The position numbers and the translations under genes are program-made. A stretch of 64,000 bases of DNA from a virus: IMG/VR virus record IMGVR_UViG_3300025099_000014, positions 10,826 through 74,825 of that record; one strand, written 5' to 3'. The notes beneath the pieces were generated by a model. It did no database searches. It saw only the letters and a program-made list of their open reading frames with translations, and was not told where the DNA came from. This document shows positions 49,081-58,816 of this stretch, piece by piece; the first letter of the stretch is position 1; every line of letters starts with the position of its first letter.

Positions 49081-49751
49081 GTTGGGAAAATACAATTAAG
49101 GCTCCACCACCTAGACCATCAGATAAAGATATACCAAAAAAAAGTAGGTATTTCGGTCCTAGATGGCTCAAGACGAAAACCGAGAGTGTTCGTGAAGCCG
49201 GATTCCACGCGGCAATTGATATATCCCCTATACATTCTAATTTTGACGCGTTTATAGTAAACGTTACCGATTTTTATATTTTTGAGGATTTAAGTGCTCT
49301 TAACATAGAAGATATTAAAAGGCGATTAGAAGCAGATGTTGGAGAAGGTAAACTTACCATTGAGGGCGATGAGTTATTGACCGAATCGGGCTATTTAGCA
49401 TCAGAAGTGTATGAAGTTTATGACCAAATGTTAGACGACATATATGATGATTTTGAAGTTTGGGACGCATATGGTGGGTGGAAAATGTTTAACAAGAAAT
49501 ATCACACACCACATCCTGACTCTAATCGTAACCTCCATAAAATGAGACCTCGTTTTGGTGGTGATTTATATATAATAGCACAAGAAGTTGAGGATTGGAA
49601 GCAAGATGCTCAAGAGTTAATGAATAGTAAATATCCCGCTATGAACGTTAGAATTAGAACTACAGTAACTAATTTACTTAACGGTTTACAACAATTAAAA
49701 CCAAAAACTATACAAGTTCTTAACCCGTCGAATATGTGGTATTGGAAATGA
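49077..49751 (+). CDS. Hypothetical protein with N-terminal W-tag
   Basis: ATGA overlap with the 48871 stop; MSWENTIKAPPP. Confidence 0.7.
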   Translation: MSWENTIKAPPPRPSDKDIPKKSRYFGPRWLKTKTESVREAGFHAAIDISPIHSNFDAFIVNVTDFYIFEDLSALNIEDIKRRLEADVGEGKLTIEGDELLTESGYLASEVYEVYDQMLDDIYDDFEVWDAYGGWKMFNKKYHTPHPDSNRNLHKMRPRFGGDLYIIAQEVEDWKQDAQELMNSKYPAMNVRIRTTVTNLLNGLQQLKPKTIQVLNPSNMWYWK

Positions 49752-49755
49752 TAAT

Positions 49756-50007
49756 TTGAATAACTCTCGTAAAATTCGAATTAGAAAATGGTTTAGAGAT
49801 TTAAAAGATACACTATCTTGTGAAATATGTGGGGAAAACCACCCTTCTTGTCTAGAATTTCACCATTTACGTAAAAAAGATAATATAATTTCTAAAATGG
49901 TTGTTTCAGGCTATGCAATTGACTCAATTCAAAAAGAAATGGCTAAATGTCAGGTAGTTTGTGCTAATTGTCACCGAAAAATACATTATTTAGACGAAAA
50001 AAAATAA
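49756..50007 (+). CDS. Small HNH endonuclease-like protein
   Basis: CEICG...LEFHH...CQVVCANCHRKIH. Confidence 0.75.
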   Translation: MNNSRKIRIRKWFRDLKDTLSCEICGENHPSCLEFHHLRKKDNIISKMVVSGYAIDSIQKEMAKCQVVCANCHRKIHYLDEKK

Positions 50008-50034
50008 TTTAGTTGTAAAAAAGTTACATGAAAC

Positions 50035-50083
50035 AAAAAAAATAAAAAAAAGTTGGACCCGACCCCGAATTGGGGCCGAGTCC
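50035..50083 (-). terminator. Hairpin plus poly-T terminator at the convergence of the two arms
   Basis: Minus strand: GGACTCGGCCCC-AATTC-GGGGTCGGGTCC (12 bp, 2 G.U) followed by AAC and two long T runs, 7 nt after the 50091 stop. Confidence 0.75.
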
Positions 50084-50090
50084 GTAATTT

Positions 50091-50699
50091 TTACCAGTCA
50101 ATTTCGACTGACTCTACAGAATCTTCTTCTTCGTCATAAAACTTAATAATTCCGTTATCCTGACCATATTTCCATAGGTCATAAGTTAACTTTGTGTCGC
50201 TTAAACAGTATTTTAGAACTTCTTCAAATTCCCCTGCTCTCCACTTAACAACTGCATCTGTTCCTGCCATTAATTTACCAGTATCTAGTGTGCATCTAAC
50301 GGTATTATCTAGGTGAATGCGTCTTCCGGTTGCTTTACTCAAAAGGGCAGATGTATCAATACACCTTTCTTCTTTTTCTTGTAAATACTTTCTTACAATA
50401 TAAATATCCATTGAGTCCCTAAGAACTGGAAGGTCGAACACATTAATATTATGTCCTAGTAACTTCCCACCCTTTTGAAAATGGTCGTCTAAATCATACT
50501 TTAGTTGCTTTAGGGGTTTCCATTGAACACCTTCACTCTTACAGAAAGCGGAGTCACCCCCACTATCAGAATACAACATAGCATTATTTCCATCCCATGT
50601 TGCTACACACGCTACCTTAAATAAATGGGGGTTTCCCCAACCACCAATTTCATGACTTAAATTCTTTGTTTCTATATCTATTGATAATACATTATTCAT
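50091..50699 (-). CDS. DEDD/RNase H-like 3'-5' exonuclease
   Basis: SIDIET, GHNINVFDLPVL and YCLSDTKLT motifs. Confidence 0.8.
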   Translation of the reverse strand: MNNVLSIDIETKNLSHEIGGWGNPHLFKVACVATWDGNNAMLYSDSGGDSAFCKSEGVQWKPLKQLKYDLDDHFQKGGKLLGHNINVFDLPVLRDSMDIYIVRKYLQEKEERCIDTSALLSKATGRRIHLDNTVRCTLDTGKLMAGTDAVVKWRAGEFEEVLKYCLSDTKLTYDLWKYGQDNGIIKFYDEEEDSVESVEIDW

Positions 50700-50700
50700 A

Positions 50701-52221
50701 TTACTCCCTCAATTTTACATACGATTTTTTATTTCTCTTTTCTTCAAAAAGGTGTGCTACTTCCGGCCATGTTCTATAAAACTTACTTGGTGCACAACTT
50801 TCATACTTTGCATACTTTGCCACCATTGTTGTTTTTGCGACCCAACCGTCGTCCCCACCAACTCTTACCTTTTTACATTGTGCATAAACCGCCCTATAAA
50901 CCTTTTCAGTTTGGTTACCAATACGTTTCTTAGGCTTTGATTTAAGTTTATCCGAGAACCAATTAGTAATTGAGTCAAAACTTTCGTCTGTTAACTGCCT
51001 ACCCATGTCAATGTGTCTAGGTAATATAATGTGACTTCTTTCAGATACAGCACAGAGCGCAGCGGATATAGCAATGTTGTTAATAATATTCATTAAGAAA
51101 GTATTTAATGCTTCAAACACTTGGTCTTCAATGCCTTCCATATACTTCCGCATACCTTTGTGTACAATTTTTAACTTACTCTGAGCATCAGGACTCCATA
51201 CTATAACTCTACGTTTATCACCATTAACTTCCGCAAGCCTATTCTGCGCCCAACGGAATGTTCCATATAACATTTCTGAGAACTCCTCAAAATATTGCTC
51301 ATTATTATTTTCATCACCATCAACTATCATACCAATACTATCAATATACTGTTCTTCCATTTGCTGTTTTAGTGATTCTGGAACTTCACGGACATACAAC
51401 CACATACGTTGGAATACACCCTTCGTTAGAATTACTCTTTCAAGTCCTTCTGGTGGTAGAGTAGTGGCCCATAATGACCTTTGGGAATCTACTACTAAGT
51501 CCTTACCCCATTCAGTGAGTCGCTTTTTAATAAGGTGAGTATCTGAATCCAAACGATTCATAAACTTCTGAAATAACATTACAGTTTCGGACTTATGTTG
51601 AGTTTCTTTAAATATACCCGAATGTTCAAATTCATCGAAAGCGATAACACCACTTCCATATAAACTACCATAAATAGGAATGTCTGTAACTTCGGGAATA
51701 TTATAATCTTCATCATCACGCGCTTGGACGCGGTCATAATCTGGATTAGGTTGATTCACCTTCAGTGTTCCCAATAAACCTTGGTCTGTAAAACTATCAG
51801 GGTTTTGTAAGTTAAACTCTTTTACTCCACTTAACGGGAGTGTGGGTTCTTGTAGGGTAGCACCATGATTATTAACTAATTCAAAGGTGCGTTGCCATAC
51901 AGGTGAGAGGAAATCAAACATTGTTGTTTTTCCTGACCTTGCTGACTGAACCCAACAATAGTGAATACGTGGGTCTAACGTGAGCATTCCCACAGGTATT
52001 CTAATAGTGTCTTTTAATATTTGCCCCAATGATACAAAGTATGCCATTGTTGCCGGATATTCATTATACAATGAAAACCTTGTTACAACCTCAGTCCATC
52101 TTTGTACGTCTTCTGGTAATACTGTATGTTCACTTCTCATACTAGTATATATTTCATCCTTTTGGATGCGTTCTAATTTATCATATATTTCCCAAGCGTC
52201 TACCTCGTAATCTTGTGCCAT
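50701..52221 (-). CDS. AAA+ replicative helicase (MCM-like)
   Basis: Walker A QSARSGKTT, Walker B VIAFDE, sensor LWATT, Arg finger GVFQR, C-terminal wHTH-like tail. Confidence 0.65.
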   Translation of the reverse strand: MAQDYEVDAWEIYDKLERIQKDEIYTSMRSEHTVLPEDVQRWTEVVTRFSLYNEYPATMAYFVSLGQILKDTIRIPVGMLTLDPRIHYCWVQSARSGKTTMFDFLSPVWQRTFELVNNHGATLQEPTLPLSGVKEFNLQNPDSFTDQGLLGTLKVNQPNPDYDRVQARDDEDYNIPEVTDIPIYGSLYGSGVIAFDEFEHSGIFKETQHKSETVMLFQKFMNRLDSDTHLIKKRLTEWGKDLVVDSQRSLWATTLPPEGLERVILTKGVFQRMWLYVREVPESLKQQMEEQYIDSIGMIVDGDENNNEQYFEEFSEMLYGTFRWAQNRLAEVNGDKRRVIVWSPDAQSKLKIVHKGMRKYMEGIEDQVFEALNTFLMNIINNIAISAALCAVSERSHIILPRHIDMGRQLTDESFDSITNWFSDKLKSKPKKRIGNQTEKVYRAVYAQCKKVRVGGDDGWVAKTTMVAKYAKYESCAPSKFYRTWPEVAHLFEEKRNKKSYVKLRE

Positions 52222-52916
52222 TAATCCTTTACCTCCTTCTCTTCATTTAATGTTTTTAATATTCTATTTGCTAGCACCATACCAAAACCGTCAAGTCCAG
52301 TTATTTCTTTAACTGAAGCAGAAGACAGTTCTGCTATACTACCCCATTTGTTTAATAGTATTTTTGCTTTACTTTGTGATATTCCTTTTATTTGTGTTAA
52401 CATGTCTACTCTTAAATCATCTGTTCTTTGTCTTTTTGGTAATTCTTTCTTTAATTCAAATTTTCCATCTAGGTGAGAATGCATTGATAATATACAGTGT
52501 GCCGCAATTGTTACATTGGGAACCCATAATACCTTAGCATTTGTTTTAATTTGCAGAGCACCTATGGCTCCAACAAACATTCTCTTTAATCTATTTTTCC
52601 ACACCATAGAGTTATACTGTTTATTGTCTTTTCTATCTAAGTATTTTAACGCCTCTTCAAACGTACCATATATCAATACTACAGATACATCATAGTTATC
52701 TAACATATTAGATGTTTGATTAAACACCCGCTTGTTTCTAATTGATGCTAAAAAATCACCTGATGATTTAGCCTCAATTGCTACTTTAGTGTCTGCCATC
52801 ATAATATAATCTCCAACTTCTAACCATTGTTTTTGATATTCGATTTTTTGTTCTTCACATAACTTCTCTACTGCACCGCTTAATATTGAATCTTCTCTAC
52901 TATCTATTACTATCAT
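52221..52916 (-). CDS. ERCC4/XPF-family nuclease with HhH motifs
   Basis: IVIDSRE, LEVGDY, IEAKSSGDFLAS; C-terminal IKGIS..KA and LDGFG HhH. Confidence 0.85.
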   Translation of the reverse strand: MIVIDSREDSILSGAVEKLCEEQKIEYQKQWLEVGDYIMMADTKVAIEAKSSGDFLASIRNKRVFNQTSNMLDNYDVSVVLIYGTFEEALKYLDRKDNKQYNSMVWKNRLKRMFVGAIGALQIKTNAKVLWVPNVTIAAHCILSMHSHLDGKFELKKELPKRQRTDDLRVDMLTQIKGISQSKAKILLNKWGSIAELSSASVKEITGLDGFGMVLANRILKTLNEEKEVKD

Positions 52917-53938
52917 TGTCCATACCTCCAACATTTACCAACGCATAAACCTTCATTAATTAATGTATTACATGAAGGAGCCATATAACGCTTATCTACA
53001 ATAAACGAAACATGTTTATGTGTTTCTTGTTCGTTATAATCAATCCAAACATTTTCATTATCAGCAATTGTTGATACTTCTTTGCATATACTTGTCTTTA
53101 TTGTTCTTAGTGCCGGCCCTCCAACTTTTCTAGGACTGGCAAAACTACCTGTTTCTAATACTGCCATCTCTGATAATATCTCATTATACCATTGTACAAG
53201 TAAAACTCTGGCTCTATGATTTGGATTCTCTACCATTACTGCGTTTTTAAGACAGGGTAGAATAGGTAGTTCACCCGGAGATTCCACGCTATCTATTTCA
53301 ATAGGTATAGCATGGAACTCCTTAACTTCAGGCCATTGAACTAATTTATCCCCATAGTATTCAGGTTGTTGAAGACATGGCCCACTTGATGCTTGTAATA
53401 TCCAGTCAATACCTTGTGTAATATCATTGGTATTAATTGGTATGCAATACCTTGCACCGACCATATTCCATGTGTTTAACACACGGCGTAGCCTAGCGGT
53501 ATTAATTACCGAAGCATCAAGAGTAGTGGATTGGGCCACATCAACGCATATATCAAAGAACGCTCTTATCTGTCTGATATTATCTGCTACCTCTCCATAT
53601 ACGAAGATGTAGAACCCGCGCCCACTAAAGGCCATAGAATGTTTTAGGTCTTCTGATACTAACCAATGATGAACTTTTACAAGAGCATCATAGGCTTCAT
53701 CTAAGTTACCATCATGAGCATCGAAGTCAAGAAAGATGCGGTCAAGAATAATTGAATGTTCAAGCCCCCTATTGTGTGTAAAGTCGTTGTAATCATATAC
53801 AGAAGTATAGACACTCATCTTACCATTATAGGCTTTAACAAACTGCTCATATTCTTCTTTATTCTCAACTACTTTTCTTGATGGGTTTATTGCGCCTTTA
53901 ATATGACTACCTGCCCACATCTCTCTTGGAAACTTCAA
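52913..53938 (-). CDS. Archaeo-eukaryotic primase, PriS fused to PriL-like Cys domain
   Basis: IFLDFD, FSGRGFY, RLRRVLNTWN; then LPC...NHRAR...PSC...GLC...C. Confidence 0.8.
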   Translation of the reverse strand: MKFPREMWAGSHIKGAINPSRKVVENKEEYEQFVKAYNGKMSVYTSVYDYNDFTHNRGLEHSIILDRIFLDFDAHDGNLDEAYDALVKVHHWLVSEDLKHSMAFSGRGFYIFVYGEVADNIRQIRAFFDICVDVAQSTTLDASVINTARLRRVLNTWNMVGARYCIPINTNDITQGIDWILQASSGPCLQQPEYYGDKLVQWPEVKEFHAIPIEIDSVESPGELPILPCLKNAVMVENPNHRARVLLVQWYNEILSEMAVLETGSFASPRKVGGPALRTIKTSICKEVSTIADNENVWIDYNEQETHKHVSFIVDKRYMAPSCNTLINEGLCVGKCWRYGQ

Positions 53939-54408
53939 TCAATCATCCCCTGTTTTTTCATATCATCTTCTGTTAATAACTTTGCATCCTTTCGGATTCT
54001 TTCCTTTAGTGACTGTATTGCAGGTATTTCTTCCACAATTTCTTCCACTACTTCTTCTACTACATCTTCTACAGATGTTTTAGTTTCAGGAGCATGACGC
54101 ATAATCCCACCAATATCCACTTCGGCTTCGTCTAATACTTGACTAACCATACTTCTAATATAAATAGAAGCACTCTCAATAAATTTCTCCTTAATGAATA
54201 CTTGCATTTCAGCATCAAAGAAACGATACACACTTAACAAATCTGCGTTATTAAAACATTCTACTGCCAAGTGTTCAGATATACGTTCTATATCTAATAC
54301 ATCTCTTACTGACCATTTCTTTTCTGCAATTAATTTCATCAAATGTTGTTCTATATCTTCCCCTTTGTAACTTTCAGGTTCACCAGAAGTCATAACCACT
54401 ACCTCCAC
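53935..54408 (-). CDS. Hypothetical protein
   Basis: ORF in the tightly packed replication operon; start uncertain. Confidence 0.6.
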   Translation of the reverse strand: MEVVVMTSGEPESYKGEDIEQHLMKLIAEKKWSVRDVLDIERISEHLAVECFNNADLLSVYRFFDAEMQVFIKEKFIESASIYIRSMVSQVLDEAEVDIGGIMRHAPETKTSVEDVVEEVVEEIVEEIPAIQSLKERIRKDAKLLTEDDMKKQGMID

Positions 54409-55243
54409 CTACTGCTTCACAATGGTCGTAATGCCCACAGTGAACACACTTTTTAATAAAGAAATCAGCAGGAAACTCATTAGCCTTGTAATGTGCAATC
54501 AATTTATCAATTGACCTTAGTACTGCCGTTGTAGTTCTCTTAGATACCTTTTCCCCATAAACATAATTTGAGGCTGGATAGAACCAACCCCAATGTGTTA
54601 TATCAATATCTGGGTTTAATCCTACCTTTCTCTTTTGTTCATCGTCTGCGCATTCGTATAATAGTTTATAGAACGCCATTTCCTTTCGCATCATAGTTTT
54701 CTTTGAATCCTTCCATGCACCTGTCTTTAGTTCAAAGGGTAAATATCCCCCATCTTCTAAAAACATTCTATCAATAATACCTTGAAGGTGAACAGTTACT
54801 CCGTCATCAGTAGTAAATCTACCATCTAACATGAGTTCATTACCAACAGGTATGTAGTTATTTAGAGCCTTTTCTTCGATAGATTCCATTAATCTTTCTA
54901 CATCATATGCCGCCATAGCCGTATATATCTGCTCGTATGAATCATCCTTCGCTTCTCCGTATAGGTCACGGAAATAATTAACTGCGTCCATCGGATTCTC
55001 AACTAATTTCTGCGCCTTCTTAATGTCTAAGTCATCCCAAAACTTCTCTCTAGCATCATGAATAATTGTTCCTTTAAGCATAGCATCTGATGTGGCTTGC
55101 TTAATATCATCAATATATCCATATTTGTAGTTTAATCTACAAAAACCAAAAGAACCGAGTGATGACTTAGTTATCTTAAGTATGGGTCCGTCCTCATCGT
55201 TCGGATTCCATCTATATGTATATATTCCATTTTCTGTTCTCAT
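54380..55243 (-). CDS. Cas4/RecB-like PD-(D/E)XK exonuclease
   Basis: SSLGSFGFC, GTIIH, LQGIIDR, ELKTG, EMAFY and C-terminal CVHC...C Fe-S ligands. Confidence 0.85.
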   Translation of the reverse strand: MRTENGIYTYRWNPNDEDGPILKITKSSLGSFGFCRLNYKYGYIDDIKQATSDAMLKGTIIHDAREKFWDDLDIKKAQKLVENPMDAVNYFRDLYGEAKDDSYEQIYTAMAAYDVERLMESIEEKALNNYIPVGNELMLDGRFTTDDGVTVHLQGIIDRMFLEDGGYLPFELKTGAWKDSKKTMMRKEMAFYKLLYECADDEQKRKVGLNPDIDITHWGWFYPASNYVYGEKVSKRTTTAVLRSIDKLIAHYKANEFPADFFIKKCVHCGHYDHCEAVGGGSGYDFW

Positions 55244-55278
55244 TCTATATTCCTTCTTATAATTTGGTTGTGGGAGCC

Positions 55279-55779
55279 TCAGAATCTTACTTCCGTTGCT
55301 TCCTTTGCTCTCTTTATCGAGTTCTCTTTTTTTAGCACGTCGATTAACGCGCTAGCCTCTCTACGAGTTATTCCTGCGGGAACCTCCCCACCTAACTTTT
55401 TAATATAGTTAACCTGCTTTTCAGTTGGTTCTAGACCTGCATTATCTTCTGCTACTTCTTTTGCATCTAATTTCTTTCTAATCATAGAGGCAGTAGTCAA
55501 ATCATGACATGTTTTACACAATTCTATTACATTACCTCTAAGCCTAATATAGTGATGCAGTCCTTCTTCTTTACATCTATGTTGTGAAATAATGTGATGC
55601 CACTCAGTATAGCCTTCGGCTCCACATATTTGACATTCACCTGTTTTATCCCACAGTTCTCCTTCTTGTTCAAGAAGGTTATCTAATGTTTCTTGTCTAG
55701 CATCAACTGTCTGTCGTGCTTTTTCTAAGGCTTCTACGGCCTTCATAATACTCTTTCTATATGTTTTTGTTTTTCCCAT
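55279..55779 (-). CDS. HNH-domain protein with C-terminal PTEKQ...EASALID motif
   Basis: CQICG...EWHH...NVIELCKTCH. Confidence 0.7.
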   Translation of the reverse strand: MGKTKTYRKSIMKAVEALEKARQTVDARQETLDNLLEQEGELWDKTGECQICGAEGYTEWHHIISQHRCKEEGLHHYIRLRGNVIELCKTCHDLTTASMIRKKLDAKEVAEDNAGLEPTEKQVNYIKKLGGEVPAGITRREASALIDVLKKENSIKRAKEATEVRF

Positions 55780-55780
55780 A

Positions 55781-58243
55781 TTACCACCATTCAGCAATAG
55801 TTGTTTGTGTTCCCTGTTCAGAAATATTCAACAGGTCCCATCCTAAACTGTCATAAATTAATGTTACTTTCTTAACCACCTCAGATTCGGCTAAGGATAG
55901 CCAATCCGGAGGATAGTCACTAATGACTTCATCAATACGTTTACACGCGATGTAGTCCACTTGTCTTATTCGTTCTCCGACCATAAAGGTTCTAGCCTTT
56001 TTAACGCTTCGGTTATCACAGCGGTAAAAGTAATAACTATCACCAACTGAAATAGTTCCGGTTCCGCTATTATATACTGCGACTCCGGCTACACCACCTG
56101 CTAATACTTTGTAGTCAGTTAGTTCTTGTCGTAACCTTGACCTCTTAGCAATAGTGGACATATTTACTTCACCCGACTTTAATAGGTTATACCTTTCTTT
56201 ATTAAATTTAGTAACTTCATTCTCTAACTTACCTGATGCTACCATTTTTAATGTTGTTAATTGAACATTCTTAGCGAATGATGTTTCATTACTTTTCTTT
56301 GCTTCGAATCCCATCATAAAGAAATTCTCCTCATCTAAATATTCCCCATCCTTCCATGATAAATATCCGCAGTATCTATTCTTTTTCTTAGACAAGAAAA
56401 ACGATTTAGCAAATTTCTCGAACTCTAGAGTTACGAAATCATTGAACACTGTTGTTTTCAAATGTGCATTTAGTTTACCACACAATTCTTGTGATTCTTC
56501 TGGATTCTTTACAAGCACAAATATTGAATCTGTATGTCCATAAATAACTTCGTAACCTAATCGTTGTGCTTCAAATGCAGCACTACGCATAGCATATCTA
56601 GCAGAAGCAGTAATAGCGGCGGCCATTTCCATATCGCCCCAACCATACCCATCTTTAGCCAATACACCATATAGAGCATTAACAACACGCTTAGTAGCCA
56701 ATTGTGCTGAATCCCACATACGGCGGTCCTCATCGGACTTAGCGGCCTTTAGTTCTCTTTTGTATTCGTCTCGCATTTTCATTAGACCAATAACACATTC
56801 AGGTAAAAGTCCGAGTGGTTCTTTCTTGAACCCAACATTACATTGAGCCTCTTCTCTATTAAACTCACCAAGATTTTTAGGTGTACCAAAGTAAATATTA
56901 TGGCAATCGTCGCCTCCCTTAATTTGTTTGGTTTCCCAAGAAATATTGTTCGCGGCCATCATACTTGGATAAAGCGATTTAAAATCAAATACTGCTACAT
57001 CACTATGTAACCCATACGTGTTTTCAAAGTCAGGGTCCATAACGAAAGCCGCTTCATACTTCTCTTTGTTACCTTTAACACCAGTCGGTGCTTTCCATGA
57101 AGCGTGTTTCATGAAATATGCAGCACCCATTTGACTATTGTAAAATACACATTCAAAGGGGCAGATTAGTAATCTTTGTAGGGCCAAATCATTTTCACTG
57201 ATACGCATCTTTTCATCCATCTCAACCATTAGTTTAACGTCAACATAGTTATATTCAAGAAACACTTCTGTATCTTCAAGCCATGCTCTTCGGAAAAACT
57301 CATCCCCTTCAAACTTTGACTTCTTGACTTTACCTCCGGCCTCTTCACCTAGTAGTGCTTTAGAACAATACTCAAGCGAAAGTGACGGAAGAGTTCCTCG
57401 TTGTGAATCAAGCCACAATCTTTCAAACCTAGTCATTAAACAATATGAAATGCGACCCTTAATAGGTTGTGCCGTATTAGTATACTGAGTTCTAGGTGCT
57501 TTACTGAGGTCAGTATATACACCTGTGACTTCGTTATAAGGACTTAACTTCCTAGCATTAATATTATTACTACACATGTTTTGAATAATGACCGGAATAT
57601 CGAATCCCAATACATACCACCCAATAATCATATCTGGGTCTTGTTGAATACACTGTCTAAGGAATGCTCTCAACATAAGTTTTTCACTTTCAAAGATATG
57701 TAATTCAATATTTTCGTCTACCCACTCATTCTTTAAACTATCTTGATGTTCTTTATCGGGAAACCATGTGTATACTGTATATAATTTGGTATAACTATCG
57801 TATACAGTAATAGCATTAATTTGTTTATAATCCCGACCGCTGGTTGTTTCAATATCAAGATACCACTTACGTAGGTTATACGTGTGTATTTTGTTCATCT
57901 CATCAACACAATACTTACGCGCTAAAGAAATGTCAGCCTCATACGTTCGTATAGCCTCCTTATGCATTTGGTCCTTAAGCCAATACATTTCATTTCTAGA
58001 ACCAACCGTTATTTTAACTAGAGGGTCACCGTTAAGGTTCTTTTCTTCAGTTTGTTCATATATTGGGCGTAATGTTCTTGGTTGCCCCCAATGTTTGTAA
58101 GTATAATGTGTTCGTAACTTATTATAATTTTTTGATTCTACATAAAAATAGTGTCTAAAATTGTCAATCGTCTCGGTTAAACGTTGGTTGTTGTCGTCTC
58201 TCCATCGAAGATTAACTTTATCTCTTACCTCTGTAATTATCAT
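55781..58243 (-). CDS. polB: Family B DNA polymerase
   Basis: Exo I YLDIET, Exo II FDIP, Exo III YNYVDV, motif A DFKSLYPS, motif B KRVVNALYG, motif C YGHTDS. Confidence 0.95.
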   Translation of the reverse strand: MIITEVRDKVNLRWRDDNNQRLTETIDNFRHYFYVESKNYNKLRTHYTYKHWGQPRTLRPIYEQTEEKNLNGDPLVKITVGSRNEMYWLKDQMHKEAIRTYEADISLARKYCVDEMNKIHTYNLRKWYLDIETTSGRDYKQINAITVYDSYTKLYTVYTWFPDKEHQDSLKNEWVDENIELHIFESEKLMLRAFLRQCIQQDPDMIIGWYVLGFDIPVIIQNMCSNNINARKLSPYNEVTGVYTDLSKAPRTQYTNTAQPIKGRISYCLMTRFERLWLDSQRGTLPSLSLEYCSKALLGEEAGGKVKKSKFEGDEFFRRAWLEDTEVFLEYNYVDVKLMVEMDEKMRISENDLALQRLLICPFECVFYNSQMGAAYFMKHASWKAPTGVKGNKEKYEAAFVMDPDFENTYGLHSDVAVFDFKSLYPSMMAANNISWETKQIKGGDDCHNIYFGTPKNLGEFNREEAQCNVGFKKEPLGLLPECVIGLMKMRDEYKRELKAAKSDEDRRMWDSAQLATKRVVNALYGVLAKDGYGWGDMEMAAAITASARYAMRSAAFEAQRLGYEVIYGHTDSIFVLVKNPEESQELCGKLNAHLKTTVFNDFVTLEFEKFAKSFFLSKKKNRYCGYLSWKDGEYLDEENFFMMGFEAKKSNETSFAKNVQLTTLKMVASGKLENEVTKFNKERYNLLKSGEVNMSTIAKRSRLRQELTDYKVLAGGVAGVAVYNSGTGTISVGDSYYFYRCDNRSVKKARTFMVGERIRQVDYIACKRIDEVISDYPPDWLSLAESEVVKKVTLIYDSLGWDLLNISEQGTQTTIAEWW

Positions 58244-58484
58244 ATATCTCTCCTTCCTTTCCTGAGTTATGTATCTTCATTAACGGCGAAGATATACCGT
58301 TACCCCAACTATCGTATGTTTCTAATATTCTAATAGTCGGGTAAACTTTGTCCTTTGCTGCTTTATCTCTAAGAACTATATGGTGAACTTTACCCTTTGA
58401 AATATATGCGCCCATGTAAAGACATTCATAATCTTCATCATAATATCTATACATTATAGGGGCATTATAATCAATGTGGCTCAT
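58218..58484 (-). CDS. Hypothetical protein
   Basis: 88-aa ORF, ATGA-coupled to the upstream zinc-finger ORF. Confidence 0.55.
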   Translation of the reverse strand: MSHIDYNAPIMYRYYDEDYECLYMGAYISKGKVHHIVLRDKAAKDKVYPTIRILETYDSWGNGISSPLMKIHNSGKEGEIYDNYRGKR

Positions 58485-58591
58485 TCCTCTTCACCTTCAA
58501 AGCATTCATTACAAAAGTCACCATCAATTAATTCATCCCAATCTAAAGGTTTACCACAAATAGTACATTCATAGGTTTTGACTTTTACCAT
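58481..58591 (-). CDS. 36-aa zinc-finger microprotein (missing from ORF track)
   Basis: MVKVKTYECTICGKPLDWDELIDGDFCNECFEGEEE*; fills the gap exactly. Confidence 0.65.
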   Translation of the reverse strand: MVKVKTYECTICGKPLDWDELIDGDFCNECFEGEEE

Positions 58592-58815
58592 AGAGGGTCT
58601 TCAACTCCCGGCATTCCTAATACCCACTGTAACGATTTAACTACACCACGTAAAGCATTGTAATTTCTAACGGCTTCAGCAATATCGGCTCTAGGGTATT
58701 GGTTATCCGGGTTGGTCTTATTATGCTCACGCATTTCATTAGCCCAAAGTTCCCATTCACCTCTTAATCGTTTTGCTTCTGTCATCATTTCTCTAACTTG
58801 TCTAGTATCTTTCAT
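58585..58815 (-). CDS. Hypothetical helical protein
   Basis: 76-aa ORF with GAGG RBS. Confidence 0.6.
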   Translation of the reverse strand: MKDTRQVREMMTEAKRLRGEWELWANEMREHNKTNPDNQYPRADIAEAVRNYNALRGVVKSLQWVLGMPGVEDPLW

Positions 58816-58816
58816 T

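Noticed and set aside
54380-55243. CRISPR-Cas system suggested by the Cas4-like gene
   Set aside because: No repeat-spacer array or other cas genes; solo Cas4-like nucleases are common in archaeal virus replication modules.
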